59,486 bases of DNA from Pyrinomonadaceae bacterium (lineage in GTDB: Bacteria > Acidobacteriota > Blastocatellia > Pyrinomonadales > Pyrinomonadaceae), in contig DATELP010000107.1 of NCBI GenBank assembly GCA_035276425.1, forward strand, positions 1-59,486, given 5' to 3'. Positions 35,777-46,684 of this stretch are shown here, one piece after another; positions within the stretch are counted from its first letter, which is position 1, and every line of letters starts with the position of its first letter. The translations under genes were made by a program, and so were the position numbers. The notes under the pieces were generated by a model that did no database searches, was not told where the DNA came from, and saw only the letters and a program-made list of their open reading frames with translations.

Positions 35777-37087
35777 GTGGACAAGTTTCGTATCGTCGGG
35801 GGCCAACCTCTTCAGGGCCGAGTCTCGATCAGTGGCGCCAAGAATTCTGCGTTGCCATGCATGGCGGCGGCGTTGCTCACGTCGGAGACTGTCACGCTGC
35901 ACAACATTCCGTACGTGCGCGACATCATCACACAACGGCGCTTACTTGAGGACATCGGCGCCACCGTGCTGACCCCTGAACTGCGGACGCACAAGATCTC
36001 CGCGTCGCACATCGAGGTTTTTGAGGCGCCGTACGAACTCGTCAAAACGATGCGCGCGTCGGTGCTGGCGCTTGGTCCATTACTGGCGCGGTTTGGTAAA
36101 GCGAAGGTTTCGTTACCGGGCGGCTGCGCGATCGGCACGAGGCCGATCGATCTGCACCTGAGCGGTTTTGAGAAGTTTGGTGCGCAAGTGAAACTCGAAG
36201 CCGGTAACGTTGTTGCACGCGCGCCCGCGGATGGACGTTTGCGAGCTGCCGACGTCCATTTCAACAAGGTCACTGTCACCGGAACGGAAAACCTGATGAT
36301 GGCCGCGACGCTAGCACGCGGAACTACAACGCTGTACAACGCCGCGCGCGAACCCGAGATCGTCGATCTCGCAGACCTGCTCAACAAGATGGGCGCACGC
36401 GTCAACGGCGCCGGTTCCGAAACGATTCAAATCGAAGGCGTCGAGGCGCTCGGCGGCGCGGAGCACACGATCATTCCCGATCGAATCGAAACCGGAACGT
36501 TTATCGTGGCGGCGGCGCTGACCGGCGGTGAACTCGAGATAAAAGACTGCCGGCCGGATCATCTCACGAGCGTTATCGAGAAGTTGCGTCACGCCGGCGT
36601 TGTGATTCAGGAACTGAATCCGACAACATTGGCCGTGTCATGTCCCGATGGGCTTGTCGCCGGCGACGTTACAACTGAGCCGCATCCGCAGTTTCCGACA
36701 GATATGCAGGCGCAGTACATGGTCCTGATGACGCAGGCCCGCGGGCGTTCCGAGATCATCGAAACGGTTTTCGAAAATCGCTTCATGCACGCGTCGGAAC
36801 TGCAACGCATGGGCGCGCAAATTCATATTGACGGGCGTAGCGCGATCGTCGATGGTCCAACTCCGCTGACCGGTACGAAAGTGATCGCATCGGATCTGCG
36901 TGCGTCGGCATCGCTGGTGCTGGCGGGATTGATCGCAAAAGGTGAGACGCTGATCGATCGCGTTTATCACATCGACCGCGGCTACGAGAAGATCGAAGCG
37001 AAGCTATCGAATGTCGGCGCGGAGATAGAACGAATCAGAGCGCCAGTGACGACGAGTCAGCTTCAGGAAATTGTCGAACCGGTTTGA
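35777..37087 (+). CDS. murA: UDP-N-acetylglucosamine 1-carboxyvinyltransferase
   Basis: GTG start gives (M)[26 protein letters not shown]. The active-site loop is [13 protein letters not shown]. Confidence 0.93.
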   Translation: MDKFRIVGGQPLQGRVSISGAKNSALPCMAAALLTSETVTLHNIPYVRDIITQRRLLEDIGATVLTPELRTHKISASHIEVFEAPYELVKTMRASVLALGPLLARFGKAKVSLPGGCAIGTRPIDLHLSGFEKFGAQVKLEAGNVVARAPADGRLRAADVHFNKVTVTGTENLMMAATLARGTTTLYNAAREPEIVDLADLLNKMGARVNGAGSETIQIEGVEALGGAEHTIIPDRIETGTFIVAAALTGGELEIKDCRPDHLTSVIEKLRHAGVVIQELNPTTLAVSCPDGLVAGDVTTEPHPQFPTDMQAQYMVLMTQARGRSEIIETVFENRFMHASELQRMGAQIHIDGRSAIVDGPTPLTGTKVIASDLRASASLVLAGLIAKGETLIDRVYHIDRGYEKIEAKLSNVGAEIERIRAPVTTSQLQEIVEPV

Positions 37088-37109
37088 GGTTTTGAGTTAA
37101 GGAGAAGTA

Positions 37110-37460
37110 ATGGCAAACGAGAGTTGTCTGTTTTGTAAGATCATCGCGGGAACGGTACCGGCGGAAATTGTGCAGCAGGACGAGCGTTGCGTGGTGATTC
37201 GCGACATCAATCCGCAGGCGCCGACGCACGTGTTGGTGATCCCGCGAGAACACCTCGAATCACTTGACGATGCTACGCAGAAGAACGAACCGTTGTTGGG
37301 GCATTTGCTTCGTGTGGGTGCGAGAGTCGCGAACGACGAAGGCCACGATGAGGGTGGCTATCGCACAGTGATCAATACGGGCGCCGGGGCAGGGCAGTCA
37401 GTGTTTCACCTGCACGTTCACGTGCTTGCAGGCCGTCCCTTTAGCTGGCCTCCAGGTTAA
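37110..37460 (+). CDS. HIT-family (histidine triad) protein
   Basis: CLFCKI near the N-terminus and the HLHVHVL triad motif. Confidence 0.88.
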   Translation: MANESCLFCKIIAGTVPAEIVQQDERCVVIRDINPQAPTHVLVIPREHLESLDDATQKNEPLLGHLLRVGARVANDEGHDEGGYRTVINTGAGAGQSVFHLHVHVLAGRPFSWPPG

Positions 37461-37472
37461 AACCAAAAAGCA

Positions 37473-37509
37473 ATCCACAGATTACACAGATTCTGCGTAA
37501 TCTGTGGAT
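37473..37509. terminator. Bidirectional terminator hairpin between convergent HIT and pckA genes
   Basis: Perfect 13-bp stem ATCCACAGATTAC / GTAATCTGTGGAT, with an A-run upstream and a T-run downstream. The arm is made of CACAGAT units. Confidence 0.75.
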
Positions 37510-37513
37510 GGTT

Positions 37514-39139
37514 TTATGCTTTTGGAGCTACAGCTCGAACCGCTTCCGAAACGCCCGCCTCGTACTTCTTGAAGTTCTCATTGAACCGCCGCGCGAGATC
37601 CTGCGCCTGACGATCGTAAGCATCTTTATCCGTCCACGTATTACGCGGTTGCAGCACTTCAGTCGGAACGTCAGGACACGAAACCGGAATCCCAACACCA
37701 AAAATCGGATCGGGCGTCGTATCGGTCTGAGCCAGCGTACCGTTGAGTATCGCGCGAATCATCGCGCGCGTGTAGGCGATCTTCATCCGATTCCCAACAC
37801 CGTATGGACCACCGCTCCAACCGGTGTTCACCAGCCAACAAGCCGATTGATGCTCGTTCATTTCTCTACCAAGCAGATCCGCGTAAACACCCGGATGCAA
37901 CACCATGAACGGCGCGCCGAAGCACGTCGAGAAAGTCGCTTCCGGTTCTTTAATACCTTTTTCAGTTCCCGCAACCTTCGCCGTGTAGCCCGACAGGAAG
38001 TGATACATCGCCTGTTCCGGAGTTAACCGCGCAACCGGCGGCAACACTCCAAACGCATCCGCCGTCAACATGATGATGTTTCGCGGATGACCGGCGCGTC
38101 CTTCGGGAACGATGTTGTCGATGCTGGTGAGCGGATACGACGCCCGCGTGTTTTCGGTCTTGCGCGGATCGTCGAGATCGACCACGCGCGTTACCGGATC
38201 GTAAACAACATTCTCGAGCAACGTGCCAAACATCTTCGTCGTGCGATAAATGTCCGGCTCTGCTTCCGCCGACAGCTTGATCACCTTTGCATAACAACCG
38301 CCTTCGAAATTGAAGACGCCGTTATCGGACCAGCCGTGTTCGTCGTCGCCGATCAAACGTCTTTCCGGATCTGCGGAGAGCGTTGTCTTACCGGTGCCGG
38401 AGAGACCGAAGAAGATCGCCACGTCGCCTTCAGCGCCGACGTTCGCCGAGCAGTGCATGCTCATCACGTCGCGTTGCGGCAACAGGTAGTTCATGATCGT
38501 AAACGCACTCTTCTTGGTTTCGCCGGCGTAGGAAGTGCCGCCGATCAAAACGAGCCGCTGGCTGAAGTCCATCAGGATGAACGTTGGCGAGCGCGTGCCG
38601 TCGCGTTGGGGATCGGCCTGGAAACTCGGGAAGTTGATAATCGTGAACTCGGGTTTGTGACCCGCGGCCTCAGTCTGGCTGATGAACATCGTACGCGCGA
38701 AGAGCGAGTGCCACGCGAGCTCGTTGATAACGCGAATCGGCAACCGGTACTGCGGATCCGCGCCGACAAACGTGTCCTGCACGAAAAGATCGCGGCCTTT
38801 CGCATGGGCCATCATGCGTTCTTTCAACGCGTTGAACTTCGCCTGTGGGAAGTCTTTGTTGACGTCGCCCCAAAAAACTTTGTCTTCACTGCCGGGTTCG
38901 CGCACTATGGCTTTGTCTTTCGCAGCGCGTCCGGTGTGTTCGCCGGTGTCGACCAGGATCACGCCATGATTTGAAAATACACCTTCACTGCGGCGGACGA
39001 TCTCTTCGTAGAGTTCTGGTGTGTTGAGATTCCAGTAAACGCGCGCGGGCTCTTTAATGCCGTACGCGTCCAACTCGACGGAAGTATTCTTACGGCCGAG
39101 GTGTTCGGTCGTTCGTTCAGTGCGCATGGAAGTCATCAA
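37514..39139 (-). CDS. pckA: Phosphoenolpyruvate carboxykinase (ATP)
   Basis: The [11 protein letters not shown] kinase-1a motif, and the length and overall sequence are typical. Confidence 0.93.
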   Translation of the reverse strand: MMTSMRTERTTEHLGRKNTSVELDAYGIKEPARVYWNLNTPELYEEIVRRSEGVFSNHGVILVDTGEHTGRAAKDKAIVREPGSEDKVFWGDVNKDFPQAKFNALKERMMAHAKGRDLFVQDTFVGADPQYRLPIRVINELAWHSLFARTMFISQTEAAGHKPEFTIINFPSFQADPQRDGTRSPTFILMDFSQRLVLIGGTSYAGETKKSAFTIMNYLLPQRDVMSMHCSANVGAEGDVAIFFGLSGTGKTTLSADPERRLIGDDEHGWSDNGVFNFEGGCYAKVIKLSAEAEPDIYRTTKMFGTLLENVVYDPVTRVVDLDDPRKTENTRASYPLTSIDNIVPEGRAGHPRNIIMLTADAFGVLPPVARLTPEQAMYHFLSGYTAKVAGTEKGIKEPEATFSTCFGAPFMVLHPGVYADLLGREMNEHQSACWLVNTGWSGGPYGVGNRMKIAYTRAMIRAILNGTLAQTDTTPDPIFGVGIPVSCPDVPTEVLQPRNTWTDKDAYDRQAQDLARRFNENFKKYEAGVSEAVRAVAPKA

Positions 39140-39151
39140 GTTTTCTCCAAT

Positions 39152-39181
39152 AAAAAAGACGGCGAACGCTTCAAACCGTCT
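39152..39181 (-). terminator. Rho-independent terminator (minus strand) after the small coiled-coil gene
   Basis: The minus strand reads AGACGG-13 nt-CCGTCT followed by TTTTTTATT. Confidence 0.55.
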
Positions 39182-39196
39182 ACTGCTAAAGTTGTA

Positions 39197-39448
39197 CTAA
39201 GATTCGTCGGTGGCCCTGCGTTGTTGGGCCAATTCGCGCAGTGCGACAGACAGATCGCGTGCGGCGCGTTCGATTCGATCGGCGGCGGTCTGCAACGCGT
39301 CAAACTCGTCTGGCGAGCGTTGGGCGACGATAGACAAAGCTGCCTCCACTTGCTCTCTCAAGCGGTTTGCTTCGGTCTCGGTTTCTTGTTCTGCGCGGGA
39401 TTTTTGTGAAGCTGCGGCCTGCTGGTTCATGCTGGAAGTCATATTCAA
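39197..39448 (-). CDS. Small hypothetical helical protein (83 aa)
   Basis: Charged and Ala-rich, coiled-coil-like. TTG start at 39448, or ATG at 39442. Followed by a terminator. Confidence 0.45.
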   Translation of the reverse strand: MNMTSSMNQQAAASQKSRAEQETETEANRLREQVEAALSIVAQRSPDEFDALQTAADRIERAARDLSVALRELAQQRRATDES

Positions 39449-39543
39449 AAGATTTATTAATCGCGCTATAAACTCTAGCGACGTGTAAGTCTGACATTTG
39501 CGAGTGATTCAGGCAAGTGGGGCTTCAAGCTTTTGTCATATCC

Positions 39544-40188
39544 ATGAACAAAGTATCTCGAAAAGCCTTCACTGCGGCTGAGTGGAAGCTCGTACAACGG
39601 CTCAATACTCCGCTAAGAGTACAACGGTACTTCAGTTCTCTACCGTACAATTGGGAAAAAATTGGTCCGACCATGCGATCGTTCCGCGAATTGATTAAAC
39701 ATGGCGAGGCGCATTGTCTGGAGTGCGCTGTTGGGGCGGCGGTGATTATGGAGCAGCACGGGTATCCGCCGTTGCTGCTGGATCTCGAGTCGCAGGATTT
39801 GCTGGACCACGTGGTTTTTGTTTTCAAGCAGAACGGCGGATGGGGAGCGATCGGGCGTTCGCGCGATATCGGGCTTCACGGACGCAAGCCGGTTTACCGT
39901 TCGCTGCGGGATTTAGCGTGGAGTTATTTCGACCCGTTTGTTGATTTTTCGGGCCGGTTGAAGGGTTATGCAGTTACGAGTCTTTACGATCTCGGCGATT
40001 ACGACTGGCGCTTTTCACCGCGAAACATGCGCAAAATCGAAGACCACCTGCGCGCCATTCCGCACCGTCAGATTCGCTCTTCGGATGCGCGCTACGAGAA
40101 ACTGCTCGCGCGTTTTCAACAATACAAGAAGCGTTATCCCGAACGCTCGCCGAGCTATTACGACAGCCGTCCTAAATGGATGCTTTAG
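39544..40188 (+). CDS. Hypothetical protein, possibly transglutaminase/cysteine-protease-like fold
   Basis: GEAHCLECAVGAAVIMEQHGYP followed by later His/Asp residues. This is only weak recognition. Confidence 0.5.
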   Translation: MNKVSRKAFTAAEWKLVQRLNTPLRVQRYFSSLPYNWEKIGPTMRSFRELIKHGEAHCLECAVGAAVIMEQHGYPPLLLDLESQDLLDHVVFVFKQNGGWGAIGRSRDIGLHGRKPVYRSLRDLAWSYFDPFVDFSGRLKGYAVTSLYDLGDYDWRFSPRNMRKIEDHLRAIPHRQIRSSDARYEKLLARFQQYKKRYPERSPSYYDSRPKWML

Positions 40189-41068
40189 ACCATTGCTTGG
40201 CGGATTTCTTCAACCGCGCGTCGAGGAGCATGTGAATGATGACTGCGGCGACGATGATCGCGCCGCCGAGTAGCGCCCAACGCGAAGGTTGTTCGCCTAA
40301 AACGAGAAAGACCCAGACGGGATTCAGCACCGGTTCGACGTAGCAAATAATTCCCGCGTCCAGCGACCTCACGCCGCGCGCCATCGCGAAGGTGAAGAGT
40401 GCGTAAGCAATTCCGAGCTGAACCACGCCCAGGTAGACGACACTGAACGTATCGTGGAAAGTGAGACTCGGGATCGCTGCGAGTCCCCACGGCGCGGTGA
40501 TGATCACCGCGAGGATGTTGCCGTAAATCACTGATGAAGCTCGATTCACTTCGCGCGCTTGTGGATGGCGCAGCGACAGAAAATAAAGCGCGAAACACAA
40601 ACCCGAAGCGAGCGCGAGCAAGTTGCCGGTGACGTCCTGCGGCCGCAGTTGGCCCACAAAAAACAGCGCCATGCCGCCGACGCACACGAGCACCGTGATC
40701 AGGTCGCGCGAGCGAAACTTTTCCTTGTAGATCAGTGGTTCGAGGACGAGCAGATAAACCGGGGCGGTGTATTGAAGAAAAATCGCATTCGCGGCGGTCG
40801 TCTCTTTCGTCGCGAGGACAAACAGAATCAACAGCACCGCATACAGCACCGAGGCAAACGCCGTCACCCGATTCAACCCAAACCCCTCATGGCGGGTGAC
40901 AATCGCCACCGTTATCGCGGCAAAGAACGAACGACAAAACGACAGCTCTAATCCACTAAGACTGGTCCACTTAATAAAAAGCCCACCCGTGCTCCACAAC
41001 AAAGCAGCGGCAAGCACAAAAAGTAGAGGCGGCGCATGCGCACCGGCTTTGCGTTCTGGTCCAGGCAT
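40172..41068 (-). CDS. EamA/DMT-family transporter
   Basis: About 10 TM segments in two halves, with composition typical of EamA proteins. Confidence 0.75.
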   Translation of the reverse strand: MPGPERKAGAHAPPLLFVLAAALLWSTGGLFIKWTSLSGLELSFCRSFFAAITVAIVTRHEGFGLNRVTAFASVLYAVLLILFVLATKETTAANAIFLQYTAPVYLLVLEPLIYKEKFRSRDLITVLVCVGGMALFFVGQLRPQDVTGNLLALASGLCFALYFLSLRHPQAREVNRASSVIYGNILAVIITAPWGLAAIPSLTFHDTFSVVYLGVVQLGIAYALFTFAMARGVRSLDAGIICYVEPVLNPVWVFLVLGEQPSRWALLGGAIIVAAVIIHMLLDARLKKSAKQWSKASI

Positions 41069-41130
41069 CGAAGAGTTACGAAGGCGTCAAGATAGCATGT
41101 TTAGAGCAGCACCGCAGCGAAGTGTACTCA

Positions 41131-41193
41131 GTTTGGAGTTCAAGCTTTAGCTTGGTCGCTAAACGGCAGCCTGAAGGCTGAACTCAAAACGCG
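41131..41193 (+). repeat. REP-like Y-shaped element, copy D
   Basis: GTTTGGAGTTCAAGCTTTAGCTTG-12 nt-CAGCCTGAAGGCTGAACTCAAAAC. Confidence 0.8.
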
Positions 41194-41290
41194 TTATCAA
41201 ACTGAACAGTACGCGGCGAAGTTGACGCGATACTTTTGACTTGGCTCTCGGAACGTTAAGCTGTATTTTGAAACAGGCAGGAGTGAAACT

Positions 41291-41518
41291 GTGAAGAAGT
41301 ACCTAATCATCATTGAAGAGACTGAGACCGGATACTCAGCTTACTCACCTGATTTACCGGGCTGCGCTTCAACCGGCGACACGCGACAAGAGGTTGAAAC
41401 TAACATGCGGGACGCAATTCAGTTTCACATCGACGGCTTGAAGCAGGAAGGGTATGAGGTTCCTGAACCAAGCACCGACCCGAGTCCCGACTCTACTTTC
41501 GTTCAGGTCGCAGCCTAA
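41291..41518 (+). CDS. hicB: HicB-like antitoxin-fold protein (UPF0150), no adjacent HicA
   Basis: YLIIIEETETGYSAYSPDLPGCASTGDTRQE...AIQFHIDGL is the typical HicB N-terminal domain. GTG start preceded by AGGAG. Confidence 0.75.
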   Translation: MKKYLIIIEETETGYSAYSPDLPGCASTGDTRQEVETNMRDAIQFHIDGLKQEGYEVPEPSTDPSPDSTFVQVAA

Positions 41519-42480
41519 CTTTCAGACTCACGTTTCTTAGCTTTCAAATACTTCCCGAACACACCGTTCCACGGTGGGATGACGATGGAGACGGCGCCGT
41601 GGGCCTGGGCCTGGCAGGCGAGGCGGATGAGGGGTTTGGATTCGGTCGTGTCGATGTAGCCGAACTCTTTGATCTTCTTGCCTTCGCGCGCCGCGACGTC
41701 TGAGAGTTTTTCGGCGCCGCCGAGAACTCCAACCCAACACGTCCCGCACGACGCGGAGCGACACTCAACCGGAATCGGTCCCTCGACTCGCCGCGGATCG
41801 ATCTCGCGCCAGTTTTTCGAACGATCGTCAGCCGCGCCCCACGCGAGATCCTGAACGTGGTTCAAACGATACTTCGCCGCATCGTCGTTCTCGTCGTAAG
41901 TCACAGTCCATTTCTTATTCACCGTGCGCAAAAACCCGAATAGCCCCTGACTGTCGTCCTTGGCACGTTCGCGTAAAACATCTTCCGCCGACCTGCGCGC
42001 GTGCTTCTTGTCGATCATCACTTTCCCGGGCGACTGTTCAAACGCTTCAAGTCCAACCTGCCGGATCGTCATAAACGCCACCGCCGTGATCCCAACAACC
42101 AGCGACACATCGGCCTTCGCCGCAACCTTCTGCGCTACCGATAAAATCTGATCGGAAAGCGAACCCTGACCACCGAACTCCCGCGCATGTTTCAGCGTCT
42201 CCCGTTTCACTTCCGGCCAGAACCGATGCCCGTAAAGAAACGTGTGCGACGAATCGATCTGGTCGCGCAGAACGTAATTGCCCTGCATCAGTAGCTGTTG
42301 CGCGAGTTTCTGCGGATCCTCCGCGCGTTCCAAAGCCTGAAACAGCCCGAGCGGATAAAACGAAAACCAGATCTGCGTGGCGTTGCGATCCACTTCATGA
42401 ATCGACCGCAAAAGCGTCGTCAACGCCGCCGACCACGCCTCTTCGTCATGTTCGTTAAGAAAGTTTTCGAAAGGAGTCAT
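41515..42480 (-). CDS. Hypothetical protein with C-terminal plant-type [2Fe-2S] ferredoxin-like domain
   Basis: The Cys pattern is CRSASCGTCWV...LACQ. The N-terminal ~230 aa are unrecognised. Confidence 0.6.
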   Translation of the reverse strand: MTPFENFLNEHDEEAWSAALTTLLRSIHEVDRNATQIWFSFYPLGLFQALERAEDPQKLAQQLLMQGNYVLRDQIDSSHTFLYGHRFWPEVKRETLKHAREFGGQGSLSDQILSVAQKVAAKADVSLVVGITAVAFMTIRQVGLEAFEQSPGKVMIDKKHARRSAEDVLRERAKDDSQGLFGFLRTVNKKWTVTYDENDDAAKYRLNHVQDLAWGAADDRSKNWREIDPRRVEGPIPVECRSASCGTCWVGVLGGAEKLSDVAAREGKKIKEFGYIDTTESKPLIRLACQAQAHGAVSIVIPPWNGVFGKYLKAKKRESES

Positions 42481-42557
42481 ATTTGCCAGAGACTAGCACG
42501 GAAGGCCCGGATCTGTGGTAAAGTCCGTGCTACAACCACCCTCCAGGAGGTCTTCAA

Positions 42558-42920
42558 ATGAATCAGGATAGACCGGAAGTTGCAAAGCCCGGCCGCACTT
42601 TCGACAGTGCTTATAGTTTCTCATTCAGCATTGCTCTCGGCCTCGTACTCTTCCTTGCCGGCCTGATTATCAGCCTGACATTCGGCCAAAGCGCTACGAT
42701 CGGTCTCATTTTCGGCATTCCGCTGCTGCTCGCGGGCCTGATCCTGCCCGTGTTCATGATGCGCGACCTGTTTCAACGCAACGAGGTCGATGGCGTCTGC
42801 CCGTACTGTGGCGCGCCGATCAAAACGTCTGACGCCACGATTCGGCTCAACTGTCCATCCTGTAAACGGTTGATCGAGGTGAAAGAGGCGTCGCTACATC
42901 GCAGCGACATGCCTCATTAG
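42558..42920 (+). CDS. Small membrane protein with C-terminal zinc ribbon
   Basis: Two TM segments followed by CPYC...CPSC. SD is AGGAGG. Confidence 0.6.
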   Translation: MNQDRPEVAKPGRTFDSAYSFSFSIALGLVLFLAGLIISLTFGQSATIGLIFGIPLLLAGLILPVFMMRDLFQRNEVDGVCPYCGAPIKTSDATIRLNCPSCKRLIEVKEASLHRSDMPH

Positions 42921-43216
42921 TAGCCGATCGAGAGCCAGCCGCGGGTGAAGTAATCGCTGAACGTAAAAGCGAACAGAATCCCCATCCAAAACAACGCCGA
43001 AGCCACGATCACCCAAACGAGTCGCGGGCTGTAACGCACGTGCATGAAATAAAGCACGACCAGCGTCGCCTTCACTGACGCGATGGTGAGGGCCACAATC
43101 GTATTAAACCGCCACGGAAAATCGACGAAGGCAGCGAGAACCGTCAGCGCCGTGCCCACCAGCAGCGCCAGAAAGATCGCAAAGTAAATTTTTACCGGAA
43201 CAATGTGTTCGCTCAT
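42917..43216 (-). CDS. Cytochrome c oxidase subunit IV-family small membrane protein
   Basis: Three TM segments and 99 aa, located at the end of the oxidase operon. Confidence 0.75.
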   Translation of the reverse strand: MSEHIVPVKIYFAIFLALLVGTALTVLAAFVDFPWRFNTIVALTIASVKATLVVLYFMHVRYSPRLVWVIVASALFWMGILFAFTFSDYFTRGWLSIGY

Positions 43217-43222
43217 ACCAAA

Positions 43223-43966
43223 CTATCCGTGCTCAAAGTGTCGCCCGAGCAGGTACAGCAACGGAAACAGAAAAATCCACACGATGTCGACGAAGTGCCA
43301 GTAAAGCCCGATGATCTCAACCGGCCCGTGATACTCCGGATCGAAGCGCCCCCTGAGTGAAAAGATAATCAGATACGTCAACAATCCCGCACCGATGATC
43401 ATGTGCAGCGCGTGCATGCCGGTCATTGCGAAGTAGATCCAGTAAAACATCTCGACCTGCCGCACCGTCGCCCCCGGCAACAGGTGCAACTTGTGGTGAT
43501 CGAGCGGTTGTCCCTCTTCCTGCACGGCCGGACCAAACGGCCTGCTCGGAATCAGGTGGCCCGGAATCAGGTGATCGGTGTACTTGTCGTGATACTCGAC
43601 CGCTTTGATACCCAAAAACGTCAGGCCCAGAATCAACGTCAACACGAGACAGATGATCTGCGGCCGAGTCTTGCCGACTTGCGTGAAATAGACCGCCATC
43701 GCCATCGTGAAGCTGCTGACGATCAGCACACCCGTGTTCACCGCGCCGAGCGTGATGTCGAGGTGGTTGCTGGCCGACGCAAACGCCGCCGGATTAAAAC
43801 TCCGATACAGCGCATAGGCGAGAAACATCCCGCCGAAGAACATGAGCTCGGTGACGAGGAAGACCCACATGCCGATCGTGCCCGCCTCGCGCTGCTGCTC
43901 CATGTTTTCAAAATGGTGCTGGAGCGCCGGATGGCCGTGGGCGTCTTGTGTTGCTGCGTGGCTCAA
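43223..43966 (-). CDS. ctaE: Cytochrome c oxidase subunit III
   Basis: Typical subunit III segments (FFGGMF, YWHFVDIVWIFLF). Confidence 0.9.
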   Translation of the reverse strand: MSHAATQDAHGHPALQHHFENMEQQREAGTIGMWVFLVTELMFFGGMFLAYALYRSFNPAAFASASNHLDITLGAVNTGVLIVSSFTMAMAVYFTQVGKTRPQIICLVLTLILGLTFLGIKAVEYHDKYTDHLIPGHLIPSRPFGPAVQEEGQPLDHHKLHLLPGATVRQVEMFYWIYFAMTGMHALHMIIGAGLLTYLIIFSLRGRFDPEYHGPVEIIGLYWHFVDIVWIFLFPLLYLLGRHFEHG

Positions 43967-43978
43967 GTTAACTCCTAA

Positions 43979-45658
43979 CTAAATCCGTTCGAGTTCCGGA
44001 CCAAACTTTCCGACTACTTCCGTCTCTTCAGGCGGCGCAAATTCGTAAGCTTCCCACGTGACGATCGGCGTGACTTCGAAGTTCTCGGTCGGCGGCGGCG
44101 ACTGTGTGCGCCACTCGAGTCCCGGCAAGTGCCACGGGTTTGCTTCCGCAATTTTGCCGTAACGCATCGACCACACGAAGTAGATCGCGGGAATCAACAT
44201 TCCGAAACCGAGTATCGAAGCGCCCGCGGTGGAAAGCACGTTGAACACCTGAAACTCCGGCGGGTACGCGTGATAACGACGCGGCATACCCAGGTAACCG
44301 GCGATGAACTGCGGCAGGAACGTCAGATTAAACCCGACGAAGATCACGAGCGCACTGAAACGTCCCCAACCTTCCGGATACATGCGTCCACTAATTTTCG
44401 GCCACCAGTAGTGCAGGCCGCCGAGGTAACCCATCAGCGCTCCGCCGACCATGATGTAGTGGAAGTGCGCAACGACGAAGTACGTGTCGCTCAGGTGAAC
44501 GTCGACCGCTAACGAAGCCAGAAACAATCCGGTCATGCCGCCGATCGTAAACAGGCCGATGAAACCGAGCGCGTAGAGCATCGGCGTGTCGTAGGAGATC
44601 GACGACTTGTAAAGCGTCGCCGTCCAGTTAAACACCTTGATCGCCGACGGTATCGCGACCGCGAAACTCAGGAACGAGAAGATCATTCCCGCGTAAACGG
44701 ACTGGCTCGCCACGAACAGGTGATGTCCCCACACCAGAAACCCGAACACCGCAATCGCGAGGCTCGAAAACGCGACGAAGCTGTAGCCGAAGATGTTCTT
44801 GCGCGAGAAGTTTGCGATCAGTTCACTGATCACGCCCATCGACGGCAAGACCATGATGTAGACGGCCGGATGCGAGTAGAACCAGAACAGATGCTGAAAC
44901 AGTACCGGGTCGCCGCCGAGTGCGGGGTTGAAAATGCCGACACCTGCGAGCCGTTCAAACGCCAGCAACACGACAGTGATCGCGATCACCGGCGTGCCGA
45001 GGATCATGATCAGGCTGGTGGCGTAGTGCGACCACAGGAAGAGCGGCATGCGAAACCACGTCATTCCCGGCGCGCGCATAGTGTGGATCGTGACGATGAA
45101 ATTGAGTCCGGTCAGGATCGACGAGAAGCCGTTGATAAAGATTCCGAGACCCGTGGCGACCACGTACGAGTTTGAAAACGTCGTGCTGAAGGGCGTGTAG
45201 AAAGTCCAACCCGTATCAACGCCGCCGGCGAGCAAAGCGTAGATTGTTACGATGCCGCCGAGCAGATAAATGTACCAACTGAGCAGATTTATCCTGGGAA
45301 ACGCGAGATCTTTTGCTCCGATCATCATTGGGATCAGGAAGTTTCCCAACGTCGCCGGTATCGACGGGATCAGAAAGAAAAAGATCATTATGATGCCGTG
45401 CTGAGTGAAGACCTTGTTGTAGGTGGTCGACTGCAAAAGATCGCCCTGCGGAGTTAGCAGCTCCAGGCGAATCATCATGGCGTAAAGACCGCCGATGAAG
45501 AAGAAGAACGTGATCGAACCGAGGTAGAGCAGCGCGATGCGCTTGTGGTCCTTGGTCAACAACCACGACTTCAACCCGTATTTGGCGTTGATGTAGTTGA
45601 CCTTCGGTGGTGCCGGTACTTCGAATGACTCTATTGGTTGCATAAAAACTTCCCCCAC
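43979..45658 (-). CDS. ctaD: Cytochrome c oxidase subunit I
   Basis: Haem-copper oxidase motifs [14 protein letters not shown] and HFHY. Confidence 0.95.
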   Translation of the reverse strand: MGEVFMQPIESFEVPAPPKVNYINAKYGLKSWLLTKDHKRIALLYLGSITFFFFIGGLYAMMIRLELLTPQGDLLQSTTYNKVFTQHGIIMIFFFLIPSIPATLGNFLIPMMIGAKDLAFPRINLLSWYIYLLGGIVTIYALLAGGVDTGWTFYTPFSTTFSNSYVVATGLGIFINGFSSILTGLNFIVTIHTMRAPGMTWFRMPLFLWSHYATSLIMILGTPVIAITVVLLAFERLAGVGIFNPALGGDPVLFQHLFWFYSHPAVYIMVLPSMGVISELIANFSRKNIFGYSFVAFSSLAIAVFGFLVWGHHLFVASQSVYAGMIFSFLSFAVAIPSAIKVFNWTATLYKSSISYDTPMLYALGFIGLFTIGGMTGLFLASLAVDVHLSDTYFVVAHFHYIMVGGALMGYLGGLHYWWPKISGRMYPEGWGRFSALVIFVGFNLTFLPQFIAGYLGMPRRYHAYPPEFQVFNVLSTAGASILGFGMLIPAIYFVWSMRYGKIAEANPWHLPGLEWRTQSPPPTENFEVTPIVTWEAYEFAPPEETEVVGKFGPELERI

Positions 45659-45661
45659 GCG

Positions 45662-46684
45662 CTAGCGAATGTTTTGCGTAGGTGAACCTGATGCCCGTGG
45701 CGATGGAAGCGGGTTTGCAGCCGCAGGCGATGCGCCTGGGGTCGCTCCGGTTCCGCCCGGCAACGATTTAATAAATGCGACTAACTGTACTAACTGATCC
45801 TCAGTAACCTGTCCCTGGAACGTCGGCATGATCGGCTGGAAGCCCGCGACGATCTTTGCGCCGGGATTAAGAATCGACTCGCGAATGTAAGCCTCATCGG
45901 CGCGTACTGTTTGTCCGCCTTCGAGCGGTGTATCACGGCCGACAAGTCCGGCGAGTGTCGGACCGCGTCCGCCTTCGCCGTTTGCGCCGTGACACGAAGC
46001 GCAGCCGAGCGTTTGGAACAACTGCTGTCCCGCTGCGGCTGGACTGGTGTTACTCGTGTTTCCGGCGAGCCAGTTATCAAACTCGCGCGGTTCCATCACG
46101 TAAACCGAACCAGTCATTCCCGAGTGGTTCATGCCGCAGTATTCAGCGCAGAACAGGTGATACTTGCCCGGCTTTGTCGCTTCGAACCACAGCGTTGTGT
46201 AGCGGCCCGGCACGACGTCGGCCTTGGTGCGAAACGCGGGCACAAAGAAATCGTGAATCACGTCTTCGGACGTCATGATCAACTTGATCTTGCGTCCGAC
46301 GGGTACGTGCAGTTCGTTGATCTCGCGTTGGCCGGTGGCGTGTTGCAGTTTCCACATCCACTGCTTGCCGACGACATAAACCTCAACCGCATTTGCGGGT
46401 GGCTTGTACTGTTCGAAATAAAGCTTGGCGCCCCAACCAAACATCGTCATCGCGATGAGGAAGGGAATGATCGTCCAGAGCGTTTCGAGCTTGTGCGAAC
46501 CGGCGATCGGCCGGGGAATCTCGTAGGGCGTGCGGCGGCGATAACGAACCGTAAAGAAAATCAGGACGCCCGAGATCAGCAACGTAAAGAACAGCGTCAC
46601 GCCCGACAAGTAGAAATAGAGCGCGTCGACGTGCCACGAAAACGAGGAGGCACTTTCAGGAACTAATGGAATCCATCCCTGCAT
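45662..46684 (-). CDS. ctaC: Cytochrome c oxidase subunit II with fused C-terminal cytochrome c domain (caa3-type)
   Basis: The CuA site is HDF...CAEYCGMNHSGM. The C-terminal haem c motif is CASCH. Confidence 0.92.
   Translation of the reverse strand: MQGWIPLVPESASSFSWHVDALYFYLSGVTLFFTLLISGVLIFFTVRYRRRTPYEIPRPIAGSHKLETLWTIIPFLIAMTMFGWGAKLYFEQYKPPANAVEVYVVGKQWMWKLQHATGQREINELHVPVGRKIKLIMTSEDVIHDFFVPAFRTKADVVPGRYTTLWFEATKPGKYHLFCAEYCGMNHSGMTGSVYVMEPREFDNWLAGNTSNTSPAAAGQQLFQTLGCASCHGANGEGGRGPTLAGLVGRDTPLEGGQTVRADEAYIRESILNPGAKIVAGFQPIMPTFQGQVTEDQLVQLVAFIKSLPGGTGATPGASPAAANPLPSPRASGSPTQNIR

Noticed and set aside
45911-46666. 251-aa plus-strand ORF; the same class includes 48605..49321, 38087..38974, 9849..10526, 3036..3764 and 11802..12533
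   Set aside because: All are antisense shadows of strongly supported genes (coxII, actF, pckA, moxR and the receptors). Their composition is biased and none has translation signals.
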